Assembly (NCBI RefSeq): GCF_017876815.1
Contig: NZ_JAGIOS010000001.1
Location: 2,310,001 to 2,342,000, forward strand
DNA from: Sinorhizobium meliloti
GTDB taxonomy: Bacteria; Pseudomonadota; Alphaproteobacteria; Rhizobiales; Rhizobiaceae
Length of the DNA stretch: 32,000 nucleotides
Direction: 5' to 3'
Position numbers and translations under genes: made by a program. The notes beneath the pieces were generated by a model. The model saw only the letters and a program-made list of their open reading frames with translations. It was not told where the DNA came from and ran no database searches. This document shows positions 7,408 to 16,217 of the stretch, in pieces; the stretch's first letter is position 1, and every line of letters starts with the position of its first letter.

Positions 7408-8019
7408 ATGCCATCGAAAAACGGTCCTCTGCGCATCGGTATCGGCGGTCCGGTCGGATCCGGAAAGACGGCGCTGACCGACAAGCTCTGCAAGGCCATG
7501 CGGGAGAAATATTCCGTCGCGGTGGTTACGAACGACATCTACACCAAGGAAGATGCCGAGGCGCTGGTGCGCATGCAGGCCTTGCCTTCGGAGCGGATCG
7601 TCGGAGTCGAGACGGGCGGATGCCCCCACACGGCGATCCGCGAGGATGCATCGATCAATCTTCAGGCGATCGCCGATCTCAACCGCCGCATTCCCGATCT
7701 CGATGTCGTCTTCATCGAGTCGGGAGGGGACAATCTGGCAGCGACCTTCTCGCCCGATCTCGCGGATCTTACGATTTATGTGATCTCGGTCTGCCAGGGC
7801 GAGGAAATTCCGCGCAAGGGCGGACCGGGCATCACCAGGTCCGATCTGCTGGTGATCAACAAGAAGGATCTCGCCCCTTACGTCGGTGCCGACCTCGGGG
7901 TCATGGAACGCGACGCGGCCCGGATGCGAGCCGAAAAGCCGTTCGTGTTCTCGGATATGAAACGCGGCGACGGGGTGGAGCGGATCGTCGAGTTCCTGAC
8001 GGTGCACGGGGGGCTCTAG
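7408..8019 (+). CDS. ureG: urease accessory GTPase UreG
   Basis: Contains P-loop [14 protein letters not shown] motif [13 protein letters not shown], and ESGGDNL and NKKDL GTPase motifs. Confidence 0.98.
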   Translation: MPSKNGPLRIGIGGPVGSGKTALTDKLCKAMREKYSVAVVTNDIYTKEDAEALVRMQALPSERIVGVETGGCPHTAIREDASINLQAIADLNRRIPDLDVVFIESGGDNLAATFSPDLADLTIYVISVCQGEEIPRKGGPGITRSDLLVINKKDLAPYVGADLGVMERDAARMRAEKPFVFSDMKRGDGVERIVEFLTVHGGL

Positions 8020-8283
8020 ATCACGATGTATTTAGGTCGGTCGGCCTAAAAACATGAACGTGATTTGCTGCGAGATGGATGATGGCGCTTCTCCTCCTCC
8101 TCATCTCTGTGCTTGTCACAGAGATCCAGCAGCGCCGCGTCTGCGGCGCGGGAAGAGTTCTTTCAGCCCAAGGACTTGGTCTGGCTGGATCCCTGTGACG
8201 GGCACAGGGATGAGGAAATCAAACAAGCCGCCGCAGGTATCCCGAATCTCAACAGGCCTTAGATCACGTTGTTTTTAGACCGG
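8017..8283. repeat. composite intergenic repeat (hairpin + internal inverted repeat, flanked by 24-nt direct repeats)
   Basis: Direct repeats tagatcacgatgtatttaggtcgg (8017-8040) and tagatcacgttgtttttagaccgg (8260-8283) match at 20/24. Hairpin at 8020-8064. Inverted repeat ctgtgcttgtcacagagatccagc (8107-8130) / gctggatccctgtgacgggcacag (8184-8207) matches at 21/24. The motif ggatccctgtgac.ggcacagggatgagg is a recurrent rhizobial intergenic element. Confidence 0.75.
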
Positions 8284-8323
8284 GTCGACCCGCTCTGAGC
8301 AGCACCCCGGCGCAGCTCTCGTC

Positions 8324-11300
8324 CTATTCCGCGGCCAGCGCCGGATGGCTGATGACCTTGCCGTCGGACTTGCGGCGCTTCTCGTCTTCGAGCGCCTTGA
8401 TGCGCTCTTCGAGGCTCTCGATCGTGCTGCCCTGTTCGGCGGCAAGCTTGCTCAGCGCCTCCTGGTCGAGCGGCAGTGCCTCCTCGTCCTTCTTGCCGAT
8501 GAAGCGGCCGAAAGCCCAGGCGAGGAGACGCGACAGGTCGTCCATGATCAGGAAGAAGGACGGAACCACGACGAGGCTCAGGACCGTCGAAACGATGATG
8601 CCTCCGATGACGGCGATCGCCATCGGTGCACGGAAGGAACCGCCTTCGCCGACGCCCAGCGCCGAGGGCAGCATGCCCGCGGACATGGCGATCGAGGTCA
8701 TGACGATCGGACGAGCCCGCTTCCGTCCGGCCTCGATCATGGCGAGCGTCCGGTCCATGCCGTGATGCATCATCTCGATACCGAAGTCGACGAGCAGGAT
8801 GGCGTTCTTGGTGACGATGCCCATCAGCATCAGGATACCGATCAGCACCGGCATCGACAGCGCGTTCTGAGTCAGGATCAAGGCGGCTGCCACGCCGCCG
8901 ATCGCGAGCGGCAGCGAGAACAGGATGGTGAAAGGCTGTATCACATCCTTGAACAGGAGGATGAGCACGACCAGCACCATCATCAGACCCAGCAGCATGG
9001 CGTTGCCGAAGCTCTCCTGCATCTCGGCCTGCACCTCGGCGTCGCCGCTTTCAAGGAACTGGACCGTTTCAGGCAGATCGGCGTCGGCGGCGATTTCCCT
9101 GAAGCGGGCCGATGCCGTGTCGAGCGCCACGCCGGCGGGCAGGTCGGCGCCGAGCTTGACGACGCGGTAGCGGTCGTAGCGCTTGATGGAACTCGGCCCT
9201 TCCGCATAGTTGATGTCCGCGACGCTCGACAGCGGAACGGTCGCTCCGGATGCCGTCTGGACCTTCAGGTTGCGGATCGCCGCCAGGTCGGTGCGAAAAT
9301 CACGGTCGAGCTGCACCCGGATCGGGATCAGGCGCCCATCGAGCGCAATCTTCGTCAACTGCGCGTCGATATCGCCGATCGTGGCGATGCGGATCACCTC
9401 GGAGATCTGCGCCGTCGTGATGCCAAGGCGCGACATCTGCTCGTCGCGCGGCCGGATCTGCAGTTCCGGTCGGGGCAGCGCTCCCTCGGGGCTAACGTTG
9501 GCAAGCAGCGGATCTCGGCGCAGATCCGCTTCCAGGGTGGCGACCGCCTTGTCGAGATCCGCCTCGTTGCTGGAAAGCAGGTTGAACGACAGATCACGCT
9601 CGCCGCGATCGTTCAGCTTGGTGACGCGGACATCGGGAATCGATCGCAATCGGGCGAAGATTTCCTTCTCGATCTCCGATTGCGGCTTGATCCGACCGGC
9701 CGGGGGCAGCTTCGGCAGGTATTGGCCGATCAGCGGTGTGCGGCCGATCACGTCGTTGACGACCTTGTTGATCAGCGAATGATCGAGCTTCTCGAGCAGC
9801 ACCGTGACGGCAGCGCGTCGCAGTTCGAGGTCGCCCTTGGGCGAGGCGCCGCCGAGTACGAAGACGTTTTCCACGCCGTCGATATCCTTGACGCGATTGT
9901 AGATCTCGGTGGTGGTCCGGTCCGTATCCGCGAGCATTGCGTCCGGCGGCAGTTCGATGGACAGGCTGACGCGCGAGCTGTCTTCCGGCGGCAGGAAGCT
10001 GCCCGGGACGAAGACGAGCAGCGCGACCACGGAACCGACCGAGACCAGGATCGCCGCAAGCAGGGTGGAGTAGCGCGTGTACCAGCGCTTCGTGGTGAAG
10101 CGTACGAGGCGCGTGTACTGGCGCATCATGAAGCCTTCGTCGTCATGATGCCCGCTGACATCCGAAGGCTTCATCAGATAGGCGGCCATGACCGGCGTGA
10201 TCAGGCGGGCGACCAGGAGCGAGAAGAACACCGAGACGGCGACCGTCAGGCCGAACTGGATGAAGTACTGTCCCGGAATGCCAGGCATGAAGGATACGGG
10301 CACGAAGACGGCGATGATCGTGAAGGTGGTGGCGATCACCGCAAGGCCGATCTCGTCCGCAGCCTCGATCGCTGCGCGGTAAGGCGACTTGCCCATGCGG
10401 ATATGACGCTCGATGTTCTCGATCTCCACGATCGCATCGTCGACGAGAATACCCGTCGCGAGCGTCATCGCCAGGAAGCTGACGAGGTTCAGCGAGAAGC
10501 CGAGCAGTTCCATCACCCAGAAGGTGGGGATGGCTGAGAGCGGCAGTGCGACCGCCGAGATCAAGGTCGCGCGCCAGTTGCGCAGGAACAGCATAACGAC
10601 GATGACGGCGAGCACGGCGCCCTCGATCAGCGTATGAATCGCCGCTTCGTAGTTGCCGTAGGTGAAGTAGACCGAATCGTCCACCATCTCGATGGAGACA
10701 TCCGGATGCTTCGCGCGGATTTCATCGAGCGTCTTGCCGACGGTTTCCGCGACCGACACTTCGCTCGCCCCCTTGGCGCGGAACACGGCGAAGGTGACGC
10801 CCGGCTGCCCGTTGAAGCGGGAGAACGACTTCGGCTCCTCATAGGTGTCGATCACCTTGCCGAGTTCCGACAGACGGACGAAGCGGCCGTTCGGCAGCGA
10901 GATCATCGTACCCGCCAGCGCCGTTACGTCGCGCGTGTCGCCCAATGTGCGGATCGCCTGTTCGCTGCCGCCGACCTGGCCGCGGCCGGAACCGAGGTCC
11001 ATGTTCATTCGGCGAAGCTGGGCGTTGACGTCGGCGGCGCTGATGCCAAAGGAATTCAGACGGTCCTCATCGAGCTCGACCCGGACCTCGCGGTCGGAGC
11101 CGCCGTAGCGGTCGACACGGCCGATGCCGGTTTGGCCCTGGATGGCGCGCTTGATCGTGTCGTCGACGAACCAGGACAGCTCTTCCAGCGTCATGCCGGG
11201 CGACGAGACGGAAAATGTCTGGATCGCCTGGCCTTCCACATCGACCTTGGAAACGATCGGCTCTTCGATCGAGGTCGGCAGGTCGCTTCGGATGCGGTCG

Positions 11301-11635
11301 ATGGCATCCTTGACATCCTGCACGGCCTGCGTCGTCGGGACTTCCATGCGGAAGATGACGGCGGTCGTCGAAATGCCGTCGGTGATCGTCGACTCGATAT
11401 GGTCGACGCCGGAGACGCCGGCGACCGCGTCCTCGATCTCCTTGGTGACCTGGGTTTCCAGTTCGGCGGGCGCCGCACCGCTCTGTGTGACGGCGATCGA
11501 AACGATCGGCACGTCGATGTTCGGGAAGCGCGTGATGGGCAGCGAATTGAACGACTGCCATCCGAGCACCACGAGCACGAAAAACGCCAGGATGGGCGCG
11601 ACCGGATTGCGGATGGACCAGGCGGAGAAGTTCAT
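8324..11635 (-). CDS. RND (AcrB/HAE-type) efflux transporter permease
   Basis: 1103 aa, MNFSAWSIRNPVAPILAFFVLVVLGWQSFNSLPITRFPNIDVP... The 12-TM/two-large-loop RND layout is recognisable throughout. A C-terminal charged extension of about 55 aa is present. Confidence 0.95.
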   Translation of the reverse strand: MNFSAWSIRNPVAPILAFFVLVVLGWQSFNSLPITRFPNIDVPIVSIAVTQSGAAPAELETQVTKEIEDAVAGVSGVDHIESTITDGISTTAVIFRMEVPTTQAVQDVKDAIDRIRSDLPTSIEEPIVSKVDVEGQAIQTFSVSSPGMTLEELSWFVDDTIKRAIQGQTGIGRVDRYGGSDREVRVELDEDRLNSFGISAADVNAQLRRMNMDLGSGRGQVGGSEQAIRTLGDTRDVTALAGTMISLPNGRFVRLSELGKVIDTYEEPKSFSRFNGQPGVTFAVFRAKGASEVSVAETVGKTLDEIRAKHPDVSIEMVDDSVYFTYGNYEAAIHTLIEGAVLAVIVVMLFLRNWRATLISAVALPLSAIPTFWVMELLGFSLNLVSFLAMTLATGILVDDAIVEIENIERHIRMGKSPYRAAIEAADEIGLAVIATTFTIIAVFVPVSFMPGIPGQYFIQFGLTVAVSVFFSLLVARLITPVMAAYLMKPSDVSGHHDDEGFMMRQYTRLVRFTTKRWYTRYSTLLAAILVSVGSVVALLVFVPGSFLPPEDSSRVSLSIELPPDAMLADTDRTTTEIYNRVKDIDGVENVFVLGGASPKGDLELRRAAVTVLLEKLDHSLINKVVNDVIGRTPLIGQYLPKLPPAGRIKPQSEIEKEIFARLRSIPDVRVTKLNDRGERDLSFNLLSSNEADLDKAVATLEADLRRDPLLANVSPEGALPRPELQIRPRDEQMSRLGITTAQISEVIRIATIGDIDAQLTKIALDGRLIPIRVQLDRDFRTDLAAIRNLKVQTASGATVPLSSVADINYAEGPSSIKRYDRYRVVKLGADLPAGVALDTASARFREIAADADLPETVQFLESGDAEVQAEMQESFGNAMLLGLMMVLVVLILLFKDVIQPFTILFSLPLAIGGVAAALILTQNALSMPVLIGILMLMGIVTKNAILLVDFGIEMMHHGMDRTLAMIEAGRKRARPIVMTSIAMSAGMLPSALGVGEGGSFRAPMAIAVIGGIIVSTVLSLVVVPSFFLIMDDLSRLLAWAFGRFIGKKDEEALPLDQEALSKLAAEQGSTIESLEERIKALEDEKRRKSDGKVISHPALAAE

Positions 11636-11650
11636 GGTCTCATGTTCCCG

Positions 11651-12838
11651 TCAGTTGGTTGCCGGCTCGGCGGATTCGACCGGATTGATGCGGTCGCCAT
11701 CGCGCACATAGGCACCGGCCTTCGCCACCGCCTGCTCACCCGGTCTGATGCCGGAGAGTATCTCGATGAATTGTCCGTCCTGGATGCCCGTTTCGACAGG
11801 TACCAGGCGCACGACGCCGTCTTCGACCTTGCGGACGATGGACTTGCCGTCTTCCGATGTAACGGCCGTTTGCGGCAAAACCACCGTTTCCTTCTGCTCC
11901 GCCACGATCACTGCGCTGGCATACATGCCCGCGCGCGCCTTGGATGCGTCGGTCAGGCTGATACGCACCGTGCCGAGGCGGGTCTGCGGGTCGACCGTGG
12001 GCGCGATCAACCGGATCTTCCCCTCGATCGTGGTGGTGCTGCCGGCAAGCTTGACCGTGGCCGTCTGCCCCACGGCAAGCTTGATGACATCGGACTCGGC
12101 GACATCGGCCCACATCTCGATTTCGCCGTCGCGAATGATCGCGAACAGCGGCTCGCCGCTGCCGCTGGCGATCGCACCGACCTTGGCGTTCTTTCGCGAG
12201 ATGACGCCGCTGACCGGCGCCTTAACGGCGGTTCGTGCGAGACGCAGGTCGACGTCGTCTATCTGGGCCTGCACCACCTTGATATCTGCCGTTGCGACGC
12301 TCACCGACTGCTCGGCCGAGCGGACGCGTGCGCGGCCCGCGGCAGCGAGCGCTTTCAAGCGGTCGGCCTCGGCCGTCGATACCGTACCGTTCTTGGAAAG
12401 CTGCACGGCACGCTCTGCCACACGCGTCGCCTCCTCCGAATTGGCCGTCACTTCGGCAAGCTGGGCGTGCAGCTGGGCAAGCGACGCCTCGGCCTTTGCG
12501 AGATTGGCCTCGAGCTGGCTCTTCTGCAGGAGCAGCGCGTCCTCATTGAGCACGGCGAGCGTGCCGCCTTCCTCGACCCGGTCGCCGACATCGACGTTGA
12601 GCGAGCGGATGGCAAGTCCATCGACCAGCGGAGAGACGTAGATCTCGTCCACCGCCTCGATCGAACCGGTCGCAATGACGCGGTCGGTAATCGCACGCTC
12701 CGTCGCTTCGGTCACGACGATGGATGGCGGCGCCTGTTTTTGCGGGGACTTGACGGCCTCTTCGGCCGAAGCGCTTACAAGCGCGGACAGGAGCATCGCT
12801 GCACAAGCGCCGACGAGAGGCAGGAGTTTCTGAGCCAT
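11651..12838 (-). CDS. RND efflux membrane-fusion (periplasmic adaptor) protein
   Basis: ATG 12838 gives MAQKLLPLVGACAAMLLSALVSASAEE... (signal/anchor). It is followed by a coiled-coil hairpin (QLEANLAKAEASLAQLHAQLAEV...) and beta-barrel segments. The stop lies 15 nt before the RND start. The track start 12913 is an extension. Confidence 0.9.
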   Translation of the reverse strand: MAQKLLPLVGACAAMLLSALVSASAEEAVKSPQKQAPPSIVVTEATERAITDRVIATGSIEAVDEIYVSPLVDGLAIRSLNVDVGDRVEEGGTLAVLNEDALLLQKSQLEANLAKAEASLAQLHAQLAEVTANSEEATRVAERAVQLSKNGTVSTAEADRLKALAAAGRARVRSAEQSVSVATADIKVVQAQIDDVDLRLARTAVKAPVSGVISRKNAKVGAIASGSGEPLFAIIRDGEIEMWADVAESDVIKLAVGQTATVKLAGSTTTIEGKIRLIAPTVDPQTRLGTVRISLTDASKARAGMYASAVIVAEQKETVVLPQTAVTSEDGKSIVRKVEDGVVRLVPVETGIQDGQFIEILSGIRPGEQAVAKAGAYVRDGDRINPVESAEPATN

Positions 12839-12922
12839 AGGCCTGTTTTCCCGAAGCTGAAGCAAACATGCCCGATCACGCCCGCGCAGGGGCGAATATC
12901 CGGCCGCAATCACGCTATTTCA

Positions 12923-12983
12923 CCTACAGCGCCGCGCGTCTTGCCGGACGCGCAAGGACCGCTGCAGCACTTTGAATTGCTGC
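12923..12983 (+). repeat. partial copy (about 60 bp) of the RIME/REP-like repeat, copy B
   Basis: cctacagcgccgcgcgtcttgccggacgcgcaaggaccgctgcagcactttgaattgctgc aligns with the first half of copy C (19567-19627). Confidence 0.7.
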
Positions 12984-13099
12984 CCGGGGCAGCGGTTTCA
13001 AACCACAGGCACCGGACGGGAAGAAAATTCCCTGATGGGCAACCCTAAAGAAATAAAGATTCCTCCATACGCTTGCCCTCCAGTCAAACGTTCCGGCCT

Positions 13100-13128
13100 A
13101 TGTAGTCGCCGGAGCAAATGCTTACAAG
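13100..13128 (-). promoter_or_regulatory. candidate promoter reading toward the RND operon
   Basis: The minus strand reads CTTGTA (13128-13123)-N17-CTACAT (13105-13100), compared with the rhizobial consensus CTTGAC-N17-CTATAT. It lies in the locally AT-richer part of the 600-bp spacer. Confidence 0.3.
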
Positions 13129-13442
13129 AGCGGCGAAGCAATGGTGCCTCACTATTTCTACTGTCATGCGTCTTCGGATGCAATACGGGTGCAACCTGAA
13201 GGTAGTCTTAACAACCACGGCAGGATGCGAGATCTTTCGCCGTTCGACAGCGAGCCCTCCACGCTAAGCCATTGGAATCGAGCTTTTCTGGTGCCAGCGG
13301 GCGTCGGTCGGTGCGCTTCTCCAGGGTAGTAACGCTGCGACCTTTAACCACGGGGTGCGAGTTCTCGCTGCTGCGGCAAGCGGCACAACTCGCTGGGGAG
13401 CGCGAGGCGAGGGCCACGCGCTCCTTCCGTTCGTGTGGAGTC

Positions 13443-14435
13443 CTACTTAAGCGCCGCGTCCGTGATGTCGTGCGTCCAGGCGCCTTCCGGCTCCTTGGAT
13501 ATGACCGGGTCGGAGCCGCCGGCCAGCAGCGACTGGACGGTGCGCTTGTAATCCGCCTCGTCGAGGGCGCCGCTGGAACCTGCAGTCAGCTTGGCGACTT
13601 CGCCCATCATGCGCTTCTGGTGCTTTTCCGTCTGCGCGCCGGTGGAGTCGTTCTCGAGTACGATATCGGCCGCCTCGTCCGGATTCTCCTCGGCAAATTT
13701 CCAGCCCTTCATCGAGGCGCGGACGAACTTCACCATCTTGTCCTTGAAGGCCTCGTCCTTGAGCTTGTCCTCGAGCACGTAGAGGCCGTCTTCGAGCGTG
13801 GCGACGCCCTGGTCCTCATATTTGAAGGTGACCAGATCCTCCGGCTTGATGCCGGCGTCGATGACCTGCCAGTATTCGTTGTAGGTCATGGTGGAGATGC
13901 AGGCGGCCTGCTTCTGGATCAGCGGATCGACGTTGAACCCCTGCTTCAACACGGTCACGCCATCCGGTCCGCCATCCGTCGGGATCTTCAGGTGCGACAT
14001 CCAGGAGAGGAACGGATATTCGTTGCCGAAGAACCAGACGCCGAGGGTCTTGCCCTTGAAGTCTTCGGGACCCTTCACTCCGGATTCCTTCAGACAGGTG
14101 AGCATCATGCCCGATGTCTTGAAGGGCTGGGCGATATTGACGAGCGGTACGCCCTTTTCGCGCGTGGCCAGCGCGGAGGGCATCCAGTCGACGATGACGT
14201 CGGCGCCGCCGCCGGCAATCACCTGCGCCGGTGCGATATCCGGGCCGCCGGGCTTGATTTCGACGTCGAGGCCCTCTTCCTCGTAAAAGCCCTTGTCCTT
14301 CGCCACGTAGTAGCCGGCGAACTGGGCCTGGGTCACCCACTTCAGCTGAAGTGTGACCTTTTCGGCGGCATTGGCATGGAAGGCCGCGAGCGAAAAGACG
14401 CCCGCTGCCAGCAGAGATGCAAGTTTCTTGTTCAT
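13443..14435 (-). CDS. ABC transporter substrate-binding protein, NMT1/THI5-like (NitT/TauT family), probable pyrimidine-related importer
   Basis: Signal peptide MNKKLASLLAAGVFSLAAFHANA/AEK. The NMT1-like fold signature is LQLKWVTQAQFAGYYVAKDKGFYEEEGLDVEI. It is the last gene of the importer operon. Confidence 0.88.
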   Translation of the reverse strand: MNKKLASLLAAGVFSLAAFHANAAEKVTLQLKWVTQAQFAGYYVAKDKGFYEEEGLDVEIKPGGPDIAPAQVIAGGGADVIVDWMPSALATREKGVPLVNIAQPFKTSGMMLTCLKESGVKGPEDFKGKTLGVWFFGNEYPFLSWMSHLKIPTDGGPDGVTVLKQGFNVDPLIQKQAACISTMTYNEYWQVIDAGIKPEDLVTFKYEDQGVATLEDGLYVLEDKLKDEAFKDKMVKFVRASMKGWKFAEENPDEAADIVLENDSTGAQTEKHQKRMMGEVAKLTAGSSGALDEADYKRTVQSLLAGGSDPVISKEPEGAWTHDITDAALK

Positions 14436-14464
14436 TCCAGTTCCCTCTTATTGTTGCTTCATTG

Positions 14465-15334
14465 TCAGGTCCGGCCACTGCGGATGGACGGATGCCAGAA
14501 GGTGACGGCGCGTTCGATGAGCGCGACCATCCCGTAGAAGACGGAGCCAGCCACCGCCGCTACGGCGATTTCGGCCCAGACCATGTCGACATTCATGCGG
14601 CCCACTTCCGTGGAGATCCGGAAGCCCATGCCGACGATGGGCGTTCCGAAGAATTCGGCCACGATCGCACCGATCAGCGCCAGCGTGGAGTTAATCTTGA
14701 GAGCGTTGAAAATAAAAGGCCAGGCGGCCGGCAACCGGAGCTTGACGAGTGTCTGCCACCAGGAGGCGGCATAGGTGCGCATCAGATCGCGCTCCATGTG
14801 GCTGGCGGCTGCAAGCCCCGAAACCGTGTTCACCAGCATCGGGAAGAAGGTCATGATGACGACGACCGCCACTTTCGACTGCCAGTCGAAGCCGAACCAC
14901 ATGACCATGATCGGGGCGACACCAATGACGGGGAGGGCGGAGACGAAATTGCCAAGCGGCAGCAGCCCCTTCTGCAGGAAGGGCGAACGGTCGATGAGGA
15001 TTGCGACGACGAAGCCGAGGCCGCAGCCGAGCGCGTAGCCGGTCAGCACGGATTTCAGGAAGGTCTGCCGGAAATCGGCCGCCAGCGTCGGCAGCGAATT
15101 GATCAGCCGCTGCCAGATCATCGAGGGCGCCGGCAATAGCACCGATGGAACGGCGAAGCCGCGGACGATGCCTTCCCAGAGGACGAGTATGGTGATGCCG
15201 AAGAGGAGAGGCACGGCAACACGTGCCGCGTTGTTCGCGGCGTCGCTTGCGAACTGCTTTCGGACCAGCCATTCGTTGAAGGCCCAGGCAGCGAGCCAGA
15301 AGAGGATGGCGCCCGCGAGAGCGGCAAGGTTCAT
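14465..15334 (-). CDS. ABC transporter permease (NitT/TauT family)
   Basis: 289 aa and multi-TM. The start overlaps the upstream permease stop (ATGA at 15331-15334). Confidence 0.9.
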   Translation of the reverse strand: MNLAALAGAILFWLAAWAFNEWLVRKQFASDAANNAARVAVPLLFGITILVLWEGIVRGFAVPSVLLPAPSMIWQRLINSLPTLAADFRQTFLKSVLTGYALGCGLGFVVAILIDRSPFLQKGLLPLGNFVSALPVIGVAPIMVMWFGFDWQSKVAVVVIMTFFPMLVNTVSGLAAASHMERDLMRTYAASWWQTLVKLRLPAAWPFIFNALKINSTLALIGAIVAEFFGTPIVGMGFRISTEVGRMNVDMVWAEIAVAAVAGSVFYGMVALIERAVTFWHPSIRSGRT

Positions 15335-16215
15335 GGTTTTGCCCCCATGCGCTTCAGGACGGCCGTATGCGCCAGGCCGACGATCATGACGAGGACCGCG
15401 GCGAGTGCCGCAGCCATGAACAGCGCCGCCCAGATCTGTACGGTCTGTCCGTAATAGGACCCGGCGAGCAGGCGTGCGCCGAGTCCGGCGACCGCGCCGG
15501 TCGGCAGTTCGCCGACGATGGCGCCGACGAGCGAGATCGCGACGGCAACCTTCAACGAGGTGAAGAGATAGGGCATGGACGAAGGCCAGCGCAGCTTCCA
15601 GAAGGTCTGAGCGGGCGAGGCGTTATAGGTGTGCATCAGGTCGAGCTGGATCGTTTCGGGGCTGCGCAGCCCCTTGACCATGCCGACGACCACCGGGAAG
15701 AACGAAAGATAGGTGGAAATCAGCGCCTTCGGAAGCAGGCCGGAAATGCCGATGGCGTTGAGCACGACGATGATCATCGGCGCGATCGCCAGGATCGGTA
15801 TCGTCTGACTGGCGATCACCCAGGGCATGAGCGATCGGTCCATTGCGCGGTTGTGGACGATACCGACGGCCAGCAGCACGCCCAGCACCGTGCCGATGCC
15901 GAAGCCGAGCAAAGTGGCCGAAAGCGTGATCCAGGCATGATAGACCAGGCTGCGCTTCGAGGTGATCGCCTTGTTGGCGGTCGTATCCCAGATCTCGGCG
16001 ATCAACTGGTGCGGAGCAGGCAGCACCGGGCGTTCCTGAGCCATGGTATTGCGGAGGATTTCGGAAAAGCCGATCTCGGTGCCGGCGCGGGCGGCGGTAT
16101 CCCGTTCGAAAGGTGCGTTCAGGAAGACCGATGCGACGTACCAGCCCGCGATCAACAGGAGGACGACGGTGGAGACGGGAAGGAGCTTGTCCTTGAGGAG
16201 GCTTTCCTCGCGCAT
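15331..16215 (-). CDS. ABC transporter permease (NitT/TauT family)
   Basis: 294 aa and multi-TM. ATG 16215 is preceded by AGGGAGG and lies 2 nt after the GNAT stop. Confidence 0.9.
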   Translation of the reverse strand: MREESLLKDKLLPVSTVVLLLIAGWYVASVFLNAPFERDTAARAGTEIGFSEILRNTMAQERPVLPAPHQLIAEIWDTTANKAITSKRSLVYHAWITLSATLLGFGIGTVLGVLLAVGIVHNRAMDRSLMPWVIASQTIPILAIAPMIIVVLNAIGISGLLPKALISTYLSFFPVVVGMVKGLRSPETIQLDLMHTYNASPAQTFWKLRWPSSMPYLFTSLKVAVAISLVGAIVGELPTGAVAGLGARLLAGSYYGQTVQIWAALFMAAALAAVLVMIVGLAHTAVLKRMGAKP

Positions 16216-16217
16216 GG

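Noticed and set aside
13045-13068. Listing the 7-codon mini-ORF MEESLFL* as a CDS feature.
   Set aside because: ORFs this short arise by chance. The only support is the GGAGGG-N7-ATG context and its position after a promoter-like element, so it is reported as a hypothesis in findings rather than as an annotated gene.
12839-13442. Possible known riboswitch or housekeeping RNA (cobalamin, SAM-II, tmRNA, 6S, RNase P, SRP) in the long spacer.
   Set aside because: I could not find the diagnostic conserved cores by eye on either strand: B12 box, tmRNA tag ORF/ANDN, or GGTTCGA-type T-loop with CCA end. An Rfam covariance scan is needed before excluding less familiar families.
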